Numbered from the stretch's first letter, positions 12,954 through 21,635 are shown. The stretch is DNA of 32,000 nucleotides from Synechococcus sp. A15-24 (GCF_014280195.1 NZ_CP047960.1:2190001-2222000), one strand, 5' to 3'. Numbers and translations are program-made. Notes: a model not told the origin generated them from the sequence alone.

Positions 12954-13811
12954 ATGACTTCTGTAGCCGTTGTAGGGACAGGGCTCCTGGGTACTGCCAT
13001 CACCAAGCGACTATTAGAGAAGGGCTTTGAGGTTCATGTTTGGAATCGCAACCCCGCGCGTTTGGCAGATCTGCAAGAGCTTGGGGCGCACGCCATCCAA
13101 GAGCTGCACGGAGCTGCCCAAGGACGCCAAGCCGTCATCACCGTGTTGCGCGACGGAGCAGTTACAGCAAACGTGATCCATGCACTTGGGCCAATCCATG
13201 GCTCCACCGTGATGCCGATGGGAACCATGGGCATCACGGAAATCCGCAGCTTGGCTGAACAGGTTCAGCATCAGAACGGACACTGTTTGGAAGCGCCTGT
13301 GCTGGGCAGCAAACCTCAGGCCTTGAAAGGAGAACTGTTGGTGATGGCCGGTGGTGAGCCGGCGCTGTTTGACCAGCAGAGACCGCTCCTGGAGCATCTC
13401 TCACAAGAGCCAATGCTGGTGGGACCGATCGGCAGCGGTGCTGCCACCAAGCTTGCGCTCAATCAACTGATCGCCAGCCTTACCCACGCCTTTTCTCTGT
13501 CGCTGCGACTGGTGCAGCAGGCAGGCGTGCACGTTGAGACGTTCATGGCCATCCTGAGGCCCTCGGCGCTCTATGCCCCCACCTTCGATAAGAAGCTGCA
13601 GCGGATGCTGGAGGGTCACTATGACGACCCGAACTTCAGCACAGCCCTGCTGCGCAAGGACCTGCACCTGTTCCTGGAGGAGGCGACCGCTGCTGGACTC
13701 CAAATCCAAGGGCTGCAGGGTCTGGACGCCCTGCTGGAACAGTCATCCGGTAGCCAACTGGATGACCTCGACTATTGCGCCCTGCATGAGCTGACGCAAG
13801 AAAGTTTTTAA
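12954..13811 (+). CDS. NAD(P)-dependent oxidoreductase, 3-hydroxyisobutyrate/6-phosphogluconate dehydrogenase-like family
   Basis: 285-aa ORF. N-terminal Rossmann motif '[29 protein letters not shown]', then 'GTMG...LEAPVLGS...G.L.VMAGG' typical of the HIBADH-related family. It starts 3 nt after the stop of the giant ORF. Confidence 0.7.
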   Translation: MTSVAVVGTGLLGTAITKRLLEKGFEVHVWNRNPARLADLQELGAHAIQELHGAAQGRQAVITVLRDGAVTANVIHALGPIHGSTVMPMGTMGITEIRSLAEQVQHQNGHCLEAPVLGSKPQALKGELLVMAGGEPALFDQQRPLLEHLSQEPMLVGPIGSGAATKLALNQLIASLTHAFSLSLRLVQQAGVHVETFMAILRPSALYAPTFDKKLQRMLEGHYDDPNFSTALLRKDLHLFLEEATAAGLQIQGLQGLDALLEQSSGSQLDDLDYCALHELTQESF

Positions 13812-13818
13812 TGAGGTC

Positions 13819-14499
13819 ATGACCCAACGCACCTCCGTCGCGCTGCTGTCCGGCGGCCTGGATTCAGCCACGGCGGCGGCCATGGCCCTGGAGGAAGGTG
13901 ATCGTGTGATCGGCCTGTCCTTCGACTACGGCCAGCGTCACCGTCGCGAGCTGGAGGCTGCGGCTGCAGTTGCCTCGCACCTGGAGCTGGCGGAGCATCA
14001 CTGTCTTGCGGTCGATCTGGCGGCCTGGGGCGGATCCGCCCTCACCGACGACGCCATCACCATTCCCACCGATGGCGTCCAGGACGGCGTGATCCCACCC
14101 ACCTACGTCCCTGGTCGCAACACTGTGTTCATTGCAGTAGGACTGAGCCTTGCCGAGGCCCGTGGAGCCGAACGCTTGGTACTGGGGGTGAATGCCGTGG
14201 ACTATTCCGGCTATCCCGACTGCCGGCCCGATTATCTGAACGTCTTTCAGCAGCTGGCTAATCTAGCTAGCAAAGCTGGTCGCGAAGGCCATGGCACCCG
14301 GCTCTGTGCACCGCTGGTGGAGTGGAGCAAAACCAGAATTGTTGAGGAAGCACTCAGGCTCAACGTGCCGATCCAATCCACCTGGAGTTGCTACAGCGGT
14401 GGCTCGACCCCATGCGGAATCTGCGACAGCTGCCGCATCCGCGATGCCGCCCTGCGGGAAGCCGGTCGCCCGGACCTCTGCAGTAACGCGTCAACATGA
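13819..14499 (+). CDS. queC: 7-cyano-7-deazaguanine (preQ0) synthase
   Basis: PP-loop '[13 protein letters not shown]', 'FDYGQRH', and the C-terminal Zn-cysteine cluster '[18 protein letters not shown]'. Confidence 0.9.
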   Translation: MTQRTSVALLSGGLDSATAAAMALEEGDRVIGLSFDYGQRHRRELEAAAAVASHLELAEHHCLAVDLAAWGGSALTDDAITIPTDGVQDGVIPPTYVPGRNTVFIAVGLSLAEARGAERLVLGVNAVDYSGYPDCRPDYLNVFQQLANLASKAGREGHGTRLCAPLVEWSKTRIVEEALRLNVPIQSTWSCYSGGSTPCGICDSCRIRDAALREAGRPDLCSNAST

Positions 14500-15782
14500 C
14501 CGTGCCCCAGCGGTTGGACCTGCCCTGGCGTGAACCGCTTGCCGTGGCCCGACAGCTGGAAAGCGACGACGGGCTGATATGGCTGGATGGTGACGGCAGT
14601 GACCTGGGCCGCTGGGTGACCCTGGCCAGCCAGCCGCTGGAGGTGATCCACAGCCAGGGCCTGCCGGGGGATGCGGAAGCCCGCGACCCTTTCACTGCAT
14701 TGAACGGGCTGGGTCCGGGCCACTGGACCGGCTGGCTCAGTTATGAGGCGGCCGCCTGGACTGAACCCGGCAACCCCTGGTCCAGGGATGCCATGGCCAA
14801 CCTGTGGATTGCCCGCCATGACCCGCTGCTGCGGTTTGACCTGCAGCAGCGGCAGCTCTGGATCGAAGGCACGGACCCGATGGCGATGCAGCAGCTGGCA
14901 GCGCGACTGCAGCAGAGAGCGCCCATCCCGCCGGCCACAGCGCCCATCCCGCTGGAGGCCTGGCATCAGCACACCAGCCGCGAAGGCTTCGCTGATGGCG
15001 TACGCCGGATCCGTGCGCTGATCGCCGCCGGTGATTTGTTCCAGGCCAACCTCACCGCCTGCTGCAGCACCGATTGGCCCAGTGATGCCTCGGCGGTGGA
15101 GTTGTTCCAACGGGTTCGTCAACGCTGCCCTGCGCCGTTTGCGGGCCTGGTGGTGGCGGACAACGGCGAAGCACTGCTCTCCTCCTCGCCCGAACGGTTC
15201 CTTCAGGTGGACCCCGCCGGCCGGGTCGAAACCCGACCGATCAAAGGCACACGGCCTCGCCATCGTGATCCAGACCGCGACGCCGAGCTGGCGGCGGAGC
15301 TGGTCTGCAGCGACAAGGACCGGGCCGAAAACGTCATGATCGTGGACCTCCTGCGCAATGACCTCGGCCGCGTCTGCCAACCGGGCTCCATCCAGGTGTC
15401 GCAACTGCTCGGCCTGGAGAGCTACAGCTCGGTGCATCACCTCACATCGGTGGTGGAAGGGCAGCTGCAAGCTGGGCTCAGCTGGGTGGATCTGCTTCGG
15501 GCCTGCTGGCCGGGTGGATCGATCAGCGGTGCCCCGAAGCTGAGGGCCTGCCAGCGGCTGCAGCAGCTGGAGCCCACCAGCCGCGGCCCCTACTGCGGCT
15601 CCCTGATCCGCATCGACTGGGACGGACGCTTCGACAGCAACATCCTGATCCGCACACTGATGCGGAAGGATCACAGGCTGAGGGCCCATGCCGGTTGCGG
15701 CATCGTTGCCGACTCCGACCCCGATGGCGAAGCAGAGGAGCTGATGTGGAAATTACGGCCACTGCTGGAGGCCCTGGCTTGA
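14496..15782 (+). CDS. pabB: aminodeoxychorismate synthase component I (chorismate-binding enzyme)
   Basis: Chorismate-utilising enzyme motifs 'SSSPERFL', '[10 protein letters not shown]', '[16 protein letters not shown]', '[13 protein letters not shown]' and 'RGPYCGSL'. Assigned to pabB rather than trpE or menF because a class-IV aminotransferase-fold gene follows. ATGA overlap with queC. Confidence 0.75.
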   Translation: MTVPQRLDLPWREPLAVARQLESDDGLIWLDGDGSDLGRWVTLASQPLEVIHSQGLPGDAEARDPFTALNGLGPGHWTGWLSYEAAAWTEPGNPWSRDAMANLWIARHDPLLRFDLQQRQLWIEGTDPMAMQQLAARLQQRAPIPPATAPIPLEAWHQHTSREGFADGVRRIRALIAAGDLFQANLTACCSTDWPSDASAVELFQRVRQRCPAPFAGLVVADNGEALLSSSPERFLQVDPAGRVETRPIKGTRPRHRDPDRDAELAAELVCSDKDRAENVMIVDLLRNDLGRVCQPGSIQVSQLLGLESYSSVHHLTSVVEGQLQAGLSWVDLLRACWPGGSISGAPKLRACQRLQQLEPTSRGPYCGSLIRIDWDGRFDSNILIRTLMRKDHRLRAHAGCGIVADSDPDGEAEELMWKLRPLLEALA

Positions 15783-16618
15783 CGGGAGGGGTCGCCTGGT
15801 GTGAGGGCCGATGGGGCACACCGGCTGAGCTGAGCCTGCCCCTGGATGACCGGGGCCTGCAACTCGCCGATGGACTGTTCGAAACCGTGTTGATCCGCGC
15901 CGGTCAGCCCTGTCTGCTGGATGAGCACCTGCAGCGCTGGAGTGAGGCCAGCGCGCAGCTGGGCCTGGATCCTCCGCCCGGCCGCGACCATCTGATGCCC
16001 CTGATCCAGGAGGCTGTGCAGCGGGCCTTGCCCGACCAGAGTTGTGGTGCCCTGCGGCTCAACTGGAGTCGGGGTTCATCCTCCCAACGCGGGATCGCAC
16101 CGCCATGTATCGGGGGACATCGGTTCTGGCTGACGCTTCAGCCCTGGATACCGATCTTCACACCTATCTCCGCGATCATCAGTCGCCTGGAGCGCCGCAA
16201 CAGCGACAGCCTGCTGAGCCGTTGCAAGACCTTTGCCTACGGTCAAGCGGTGCAGGCGAGACGGGAAGCTTCAGAACGGGGCTGCGATGACGCCCTGTTG
16301 CTCAACACCAACGGCGAGCTCTGCTGCAGCACCACCGCCAATCTGCTGCTGAAGCCTGGCGGTGCGAAGGGGGATGGCCCCTGGCTGACTCCTCCCCTCA
16401 GCAGTGGCTGCCTGCCGGGGGTGATGCGGGCCCGGGCCCTGCGGCTGGGACTGGCGGTGGAGGCCGACCTGGGCGCCAGCCTGGGGTCAGACGATCAGCT
16501 GCTGCTGATCAACAGCCTCGGTTGCCGAAGCCTGTTGAGCCTCGACCATCAGCCCCTCTACTCCCAAGCCCTGGGAATCGATTCAGCCGAATCGCTGTGG
16601 CAACATCTGCTCAACTAG
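15746..16618 (+). CDS. pabC: aminodeoxychorismate lyase / class IV aminotransferase-fold protein
   Basis: 'PLDDRGLQLADGLFETV' N-terminal motif and overall class-IV fold pattern ('CLPGVMR'). The start is uncertain. The track ORF opens at 15695 inside pabB. The in-frame GTG at 15746 is my preferred start. Confidence 0.6.
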   Translation: MEITATAGGPGLTGGVAWCEGRWGTPAELSLPLDDRGLQLADGLFETVLIRAGQPCLLDEHLQRWSEASAQLGLDPPPGRDHLMPLIQEAVQRALPDQSCGALRLNWSRGSSSQRGIAPPCIGGHRFWLTLQPWIPIFTPISAIISRLERRNSDSLLSRCKTFAYGQAVQARREASERGCDDALLLNTNGELCCSTTANLLLKPGGAKGDGPWLTPPLSSGCLPGVMRARALRLGLAVEADLGASLGSDDQLLLINSLGCRSLLSLDHQPLYSQALGIDSAESLWQHLLN

Positions 16619-16662
16619 CACGATATACATTATATATTTATAGATATGAGTTAAATATCTTA

Positions 16663-17457
16663 CTATCTGAGTTGTAGCAGGCGTTCCACCGCCTCAGCCC
16701 ACCCTTCTGCATGGGGGGCACGGGCGAGCTCAAAGCGACCGCTCTCCACGCCAGGACGCAACTGCGGATGGGGACCCTCGGCACCCGGCACCACCACCGC
16801 AAGGTCCGCCACCTCCAGCAGGGGCAGATCGTTGGGGGAATCACCCAGGGCCAGCACCTTCACATCCGGTTCATGGAGGCGCTGCTTCAGAGCCGCCAAG
16901 GCGTTTCCCTTGCTGACCTCGGCGCCAAGCAGATGACACATCCGGTTACCGCGCACAACGGCCAGCCCCTGGGCCGCCGCCAGGGCATCAAGGCGCCGCT
17001 GGATCGCCGCTGAAGGCGGAACAAAGGGCACGCTGCAGCGTCGCCGTTGGGCCTGTTGCAACAACTCGCCGGAAAGCCCAAGCAGACGTTCCCCCTCCGC
17101 GTCCGTGAGTTCATCGAGAGCCTGCAACGGTTCAGACAGCTGCTCAGACAGCTCCTGCAAGCGAGGTTTCAACGCCGACCAGCCAGGCCCCAGGGCCTGG
17201 TCCCAGGGCTCGCAGGTTGGCGTTTCACCATGAATGGCACCCCCATTTTCGACGATGTAGGGATCCCGCAGCAGAGCTGCAGCGCGGAAACGCTCCACCT
17301 CCTCCGCCGTTTTGCTTGTGCAGGGAATCACGGGCACTCCTGCCCGTTGCAGCGAGCGCAGCGTCGCCGCTGCCGGAGACCAGTCGTAGTGATGGTCCAT
17401 CAAGGTGCCATCGAGGTCGGTGACCACCCACCAACGGCAGCTCTGGGGGTCGCTCAT
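16663..17457 (-). CDS. gpgP: HAD-IIB phosphatase, probable glucosyl-3-phosphoglycerate phosphatase (mannosyl-3-phosphoglycerate phosphatase family)
   Basis: HAD motifs 'WWVVTDLDGTLMD' (DxDGT), 'IPCTSKT' and 'ALGDSPNDLPLL'. I chose the ATG at 17457 (MSDPQSC...) because it forms an ATGA overlap with the stop of the upstream phosphorylase gene. Its context with gpgS supports the call. Confidence 0.7.
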   Translation of the reverse strand: MSDPQSCRWWVVTDLDGTLMDHHYDWSPAAATLRSLQRAGVPVIPCTSKTAEEVERFRAAALLRDPYIVENGGAIHGETPTCEPWDQALGPGWSALKPRLQELSEQLSEPLQALDELTDAEGERLLGLSGELLQQAQRRRCSVPFVPPSAAIQRRLDALAAAQGLAVVRGNRMCHLLGAEVSKGNALAALKQRLHEPDVKVLALGDSPNDLPLLEVADLAVVVPGAEGPHPQLRPGVESGRFELARAPHAEGWAEAVERLLQLR

Positions 17458-19181
17458 GCCTGAATCAGCCAATGCACGGCATAAGGTTCCAACTGAAGTT
17501 GCGAGCCATGGGTCTCGGAGGATCCGCTCAGACAATCGGCCCAGGCAAGACCAGTGCGACCGCCGAGACGCCCCAAGGCCAGGGTCAACCGCGAAGGGGT
17601 GACGTTATGAACCGCCACCAGGGTCTGACCGCCACCACTTCGACGCAGCATTACCAGATCGGTGCGTCCAGCACTCAACACCTCCATGGCCGCATCGGGA
17701 TGCAAGGCCGGCTGATCGCGGCGCACACGCAGGGCATGACCCAACACCGATGTAACGGCGGTGGCATCGCTGTCGGGATCCTGCAGCCGCCGCTCAACAG
17801 TGTCCGCCTTGAACTGCGGGCGGTTGAGATCCCTGCGCTGTCCGGTGCGGCGGAACCGGCCCAGGTCATTGGGTGTGGCCAACAGGGCCGGCAAATAAAA
17901 CGCCGGAACACCGGGCAGGGCCAGCATCAGCAGCTGGGTCATCAGAAAGCGTGCCCGTTGCAGATGGGCCGGGTCAATTCCGGCATCCGCCATGGCACTC
18001 CACCAGCTGATGTTGATCTCGTAAGGAGCCTCCTCACCGTTGGTGAGGCGACGGTGACTGATCAGACCACCCCGCTGCTCGCAGGCAATCAACAGCTGCA
18101 GTCTCCGCTGATCCGACATCAGCCCCTCGAGGGCCCGCAGACCGACACCGTCATGGCAAGCGGTGAAATTGAACAGCCCCGTGGCCTCCGGTAGCGCGGG
18201 CCAACGGTTGAGCCAGCCGTTCAGCAGATCAGCACGACCACTGATGGCCGCCTCCAGCAAGAGGGGCGGCAACGGGAAGTTGTAGGCCAGATGGGCCTCT
18301 CGACCGCTGACCAGATACGACAAGTTCTCCTGCTCCGGAACATTGGTCTCCGTCACCACCACCCCGCCTGAACAGCTGCGCTCCATCAGCTGCCGCAGCA
18401 CCTCAACGATGCGATGGGCTTCTGGCAGGTGGATGCAGCCTGTCCCCGGCGTCTTCCAGATGAACCCGACCGCATCCAGCCGGACCCAGCGGACCCCATG
18501 GCGAAGCATCTGGTCCATCAGCCGCGTGAATCCCAGCAGCACCTCCGGACTTCGCCAATCCACATCCACTTGGTCGGGCCCAAACGTGGTCCACACTTGA
18601 CGCGGACCATCCGACCCGCTCAGCTGGGTGAACAGAGAAGAACTCCGCGGCCGCACCACCTGGTCCCAGCAGGGATCAGGCGTCGCCTCCAGCACACAGG
18701 AGCGCCCCGGCTCCTCATCGCGCAGGAACTGCCTCACCCAGGGATGGGAGGCGGAGATGTGGTTCAGCACCAGGTCTGCCATCAGACGACGACCGTCAGC
18801 AAGGTCCGCCAGATCTCCCCAGTCACCGAAGCGCGGCTCGATCCGGTCGTGGCTGGCCACCGCAAAGCCGCCATCACTGGTGGAGGTCAGAAACGGCAGC
18901 ACATGCACCACCTCAGCGAAGGGCCGCAGGCGGTTGTTGAGTAGCTGACGCAGGCTGCGCAACGCGGGCACCCCATGCTCCACCACCGTATCGGCATAGG
19001 TGATCAGCACCGCATCGGCGCCTGTCCAGAGATCCGTCGCACCGGGCGGGTCGTCGTTTGCTGACGCACCACGCAAAATCTGCAGCAATTGCGACGACAG
19101 CTGCTCGGAATCAGCGGAAGAATCCTCGAGGTAGAGGTTCTCCAGCAGGCCCTGCAGCGTTTCAGCGCTCAAGGTCTGCAT
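17454..19181 (-). CDS. sucrose-phosphorylase-like glycoside hydrolase family 13 enzyme (GH13_18-like), candidate glucosylglycerate phosphorylase
   Basis: GH13 conserved regions 'DLVLNHIS', 'GVRWVRLDAVGFIWK' (nucleophile Asp), 'VVTETNVP' (acid/base Glu) and 'FTACHDGVGL'. The start is set at the ATG at 19181, which has AGGAGAG 6 nt upstream. The track start is 19199. Confidence 0.75.
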   Translation of the reverse strand: MQTLSAETLQGLLENLYLEDSSADSEQLSSQLLQILRGASANDDPPGATDLWTGADAVLITYADTVVEHGVPALRSLRQLLNNRLRPFAEVVHVLPFLTSTSDGGFAVASHDRIEPRFGDWGDLADLADGRRLMADLVLNHISASHPWVRQFLRDEEPGRSCVLEATPDPCWDQVVRPRSSSLFTQLSGSDGPRQVWTTFGPDQVDVDWRSPEVLLGFTRLMDQMLRHGVRWVRLDAVGFIWKTPGTGCIHLPEAHRIVEVLRQLMERSCSGGVVVTETNVPEQENLSYLVSGREAHLAYNFPLPPLLLEAAISGRADLLNGWLNRWPALPEATGLFNFTACHDGVGLRALEGLMSDQRRLQLLIACEQRGGLISHRRLTNGEEAPYEINISWWSAMADAGIDPAHLQRARFLMTQLLMLALPGVPAFYLPALLATPNDLGRFRRTGQRRDLNRPQFKADTVERRLQDPDSDATAVTSVLGHALRVRRDQPALHPDAAMEVLSAGRTDLVMLRRSGGGQTLVAVHNVTPSRLTLALGRLGGRTGLAWADCLSGSSETHGSQLQLEPYAVHWLIQA

Positions 19182-19250
19182 ATCGGCTCTCCTGAACATC
19201 GCTCAGGTATGGGTCATGACCTCATCAACTGTTGTCGCATTAAGCACCGG

Positions 19251-20528
19251 ATGGATTTTCAGCAGAGCCTGATCACCACGGTTCATGACTACAGCCTGGG
19301 CAACCTGGATGCTGTTGCCTTCAACCGCGAGCTGAGCCAGCGGCCGACGACGCTGCTGATCCCCTGTCTGATGGAGGAGTTCAGCCGTCCAGCACTGGCG
19401 CTGATCCGCGACACTCTGTCGTCATTGAAAGGCCTCAATCGCCTCGTCATTGCTCTGGCCGCTGAAAGCGCGGAGGACGTAGCCCATGCCGAAGCCTTCT
19501 TCGCCGGCATGCCCTTTCCCGTTCAGGTGCACTGGACCAATGGCCCAGCCGTGAAGGACTTGCTTGAGTCCATGGGCGCCCTGGGACTCGAGGTCACCGG
19601 TCCCCCCGGCAAGGGCTGGGCGGTCTGGCAAGGGCTTGGGGTGGCCTGTCAGGACGCCGAAGTGGTGGGCCTGTTTGACGCCGACATCCGCACCTTCGGC
19701 TCGGCATACCCGGAGCGGATGTTGCGTCCACTGCTGGATCGCTCCCACGGCATCGCCTACGTCAAGGCCTTCTACAGCCGGCTATCGCTGGAAACCCAGG
19801 CGCTGCAGGGTCGGGCCACCCGCCTGTTCGTCGGTCCTCTGCTGGTCAGCCTCGAACAGATCTTTGGCCCACTGCCGTACCTGCGCTATCTGCAGTCTTT
19901 TCGCTACCCCTTGGCTGGTGAATTCGCCTTCACCACCGATCTGGCGATGAATCTGCGCATCCCCTCCGATTGGGGCCTGGAGATGGGGTTGCTCTCGGAG
20001 GTATTCCGTCATGTCGCCACCAGTCGCATTGCCCAGGTGGATCTGGGGCTGTTTGATCACAAGCACAAAGGACTCGGAAGCAAACCCAGTGAGGGGTTGC
20101 AACGCATGGCCGGTGAAATCTTCGGAACCGTTTTGCGCAGCTTGATGGAGCACGAGGGCGCCGTGATCTCGATGGATCAGATTCCCACCCTTGAGGTGCT
20201 CTACCGACGCGTCGGTGAGGATCGGGTGCGCCAATTCGGCATTGATTCGGCGATCAACCGGCTCCCCTATAACCGCCATGGAGAAGAACTGGCTGTGCAC
20301 AGTTTTGCTGAACTGCTGCGGCCAGGACTCTCCCGCCTAATGGAGTCTCCAGTTGCTCATCAGCTCCCCAGTTGGTCACGACTGAAAAGCTGCAATCCTT
20401 CACTTCAAGGCGACCTAAGTGCAGCAGGTCAAATGGATCGCACTACATCTCGAACATTGCCCCAGTCTCAACCATTGCGTCGACCCAATCACAAACCCAG
20501 ATCATCAACATCTGAGCTTGTTGCCTGA
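19251..20528 (+). CDS. gpgS: glucosyl-3-phosphoglycerate synthase (retaining glycosyltransferase)
   Basis: 'FQQSLITTVHDY' N-terminus, 'LLIPCLMEE', the DxD-type 'GLFDADIR', and 'YPLAGEFAFT...DWGLEMGLL' typical of glucosyl/mannosyl-3-phosphoglycerate synthases. The start could instead be the ATG at 19209. The track start at 19089 overlaps the divergent gene. Confidence 0.7.
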   Translation: MDFQQSLITTVHDYSLGNLDAVAFNRELSQRPTTLLIPCLMEEFSRPALALIRDTLSSLKGLNRLVIALAAESAEDVAHAEAFFAGMPFPVQVHWTNGPAVKDLLESMGALGLEVTGPPGKGWAVWQGLGVACQDAEVVGLFDADIRTFGSAYPERMLRPLLDRSHGIAYVKAFYSRLSLETQALQGRATRLFVGPLLVSLEQIFGPLPYLRYLQSFRYPLAGEFAFTTDLAMNLRIPSDWGLEMGLLSEVFRHVATSRIAQVDLGLFDHKHKGLGSKPSEGLQRMAGEIFGTVLRSLMEHEGAVISMDQIPTLEVLYRRVGEDRVRQFGIDSAINRLPYNRHGEELAVHSFAELLRPGLSRLMESPVAHQLPSWSRLKSCNPSLQGDLSAAGQMDRTTSRTLPQSQPLRRPNHKPRSSTSELVA

Positions 20529-20556
20529 ACGGACTTGAATCAAATGTAAACGAGTC

Positions 20557-20600
20557 AAATTGGCCCCAATCGTCAGATTGGAGCCAATTTCTATTCGTTT
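20557..20600 (+). terminator. putative intrinsic terminator between convergent gpgS and the small minus-strand ORF
   Basis: AAATTGGCcCC (20557-20567) pairs with GGaGCCAATTT (20580-20590), giving 8+2 bp with one mismatch and a 12-nt loop. It is followed by TTTCTATTCGTTT. The same DNA also reads as two ATTGG-N2-CCAAT palindromes 18 bp apart. Confidence 0.4.
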
Positions 20601-20619
20601 AGACAAATCCCAAGACGCA

Positions 20620-20799
20620 TCAAAGAGCCTGCTGCTGCCGCATTACCCATTGCGTAGCAGCGCGCTGGGATTGCCAGGCATGGAGAAGTTGCTTGGCAAG
20701 CGTCTGCAACTGCGCTGGGTCAGCAGTGGCTTCAATGGCACGGTTCATCCGCTCCACTTCAAAGCATTGCGTCGTGGACATTGCAATCGATTCCCTCAT
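20620..20799 (-). CDS. 59-aa two-helix protein, NblA-like (phycobilisome degradation protein-like) by pattern
   Basis: The ATG at 20799 is preceded by GGAG with a 6-nt spacer (TTGGAGTAAGTGATG). 'FEVERMNRAIEATADPAQLQTLAKQLLHAWQSQRAATQWVMRQ' follows the size and heptad-like pattern of NblA (F..x..F/M...Q/I....(E/A)Q.Q.L...L...). Confidence 0.45.
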   Translation of the reverse strand: MRESIAMSTTQCFEVERMNRAIEATADPAQLQTLAKQLLHAWQSQRAATQWVMRQQQAL

Positions 20800-21065
20800 C
20801 ACTTACTCCAATTGAAGACTTCACTATTTTCATGCCACCACGAAAAAGAATTGTTTCATTTGAAACGAAACATCCACACTGTGTGAACTTTCAGACTTAC
20901 GTACTGATCAACCCACACTCCGCAACCAAAAAGAGCCGCGCCATCATCAAAAAGTCGCTAAAGCTACCAAACCAACTGCATCTGTATCACGGGGTCTAAA
21001 CGAAATCTGAAAGCATTTCCAATTCGTGCCCAATCCAACACTCCACTGGCGCAGAGTTCTGCAAA

Positions 21066-21338
21066 GTGGCATCATTCTGGGATTCAGACATGATTGAGTG
21101 CGTCTACCGCAACGACACTGACCGAATGGTGATTGTTAAATGTGTCGGGGATGACCGCTTTTACCGTGAAAAGGTTGTGCTTCCCACTGAGATGTTCTGG
21201 TTTGAAGCCCCTGAACAGGCGCGGCTTGAAATCTGGAAAATGTCGGTGAGCGGTCAGATGCTGCACGTACGCGCCGATGTGAGCGAGTACGCCATGAATC
21301 AAGACGAGGCGGCCACCGAAACAGTCTGGGCCTGCTAA
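21066..21338 (+). CDS. DUF1830-like conserved cyanobacterial small protein
   Basis: 'IECVYRNDTDRMVIVKCVGDDRFYREKVVLPTEMFWFEAPEQARLEIW' resembles the DUF1830 signature (C.Y.N......I......YFERVV.P......FEAP..A.LEI). The track start at 21066 is GTG. An alternative ATG lies at 21090. Confidence 0.6.
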   Translation: MASFWDSDMIECVYRNDTDRMVIVKCVGDDRFYREKVVLPTEMFWFEAPEQARLEIWKMSVSGQMLHVRADVSEYAMNQDEAATETVWAC

Positions 21339-21368
21339 ACCGCTCCAGCCCCAGGACCTCAAGGAGGG

Positions 21369-21635
21369 CTAGCGGCCAATCAGATCGACTCCGAGCAGCT
21401 CAGCAGTCATCCTTGAGCGCAGAAAGCCCCCGGGACGGAGGGTCTTCGCCTTTGCCGCAGATGCTCCAGCCTCAAATGCATGCCGTTGATCATCTTGCAC
21501 ATCGTCGGAGAGGCTAAGAAGCTCAGCAGTTTTCTTGGAACGGATGATCTGGCAACTTGCCGTCTTCCGCCCGGAAGGCCGGTAGAGCAGTTGAGACGTT
21601 TGAATAATCGAGCGTTGAGATTGAAGTTTGGACAT
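21369..21635 (-). CDS. hypothetical 88-aa protein with an internal duplicated motif
   Basis: The ATG at 21635 is preceded by GGAGAGGA. The motif (I/F)(I/L)RS(K/R)xTAELL(S/G)(L/V) occurs twice ('IIRSKKTAELLSL' and 'FLRSRMTAELLGV'). The longer track versions (to 21776) add an implausible N-terminus. Confidence 0.35.
   Translation of the reverse strand: MSKLQSQRSIIQTSQLLYRPSGRKTASCQIIRSKKTAELLSLSDDVQDDQRHAFEAGASAAKAKTLRPGGFLRSRMTAELLGVDLIGR

Noticed and set aside
14391-15689. 432-aa minus-strand ORF antisense to pabB
   Set aside because: Same reasoning. The plus strand has the full set of chorismate-binding-enzyme motifs, and the antisense product is low-complexity and Arg/Ala/Gly/Pro-rich.
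20560-20886. 108-aa plus-strand ORF overlapping the NblA-like ORF
   Set aside because: The translation looks like noise (His/Leu/Arg/Ser-rich with no structure pattern) and lacks an RBS. The minus-strand 59-aa ORF has a GGAG RBS and a coherent two-helix sequence.
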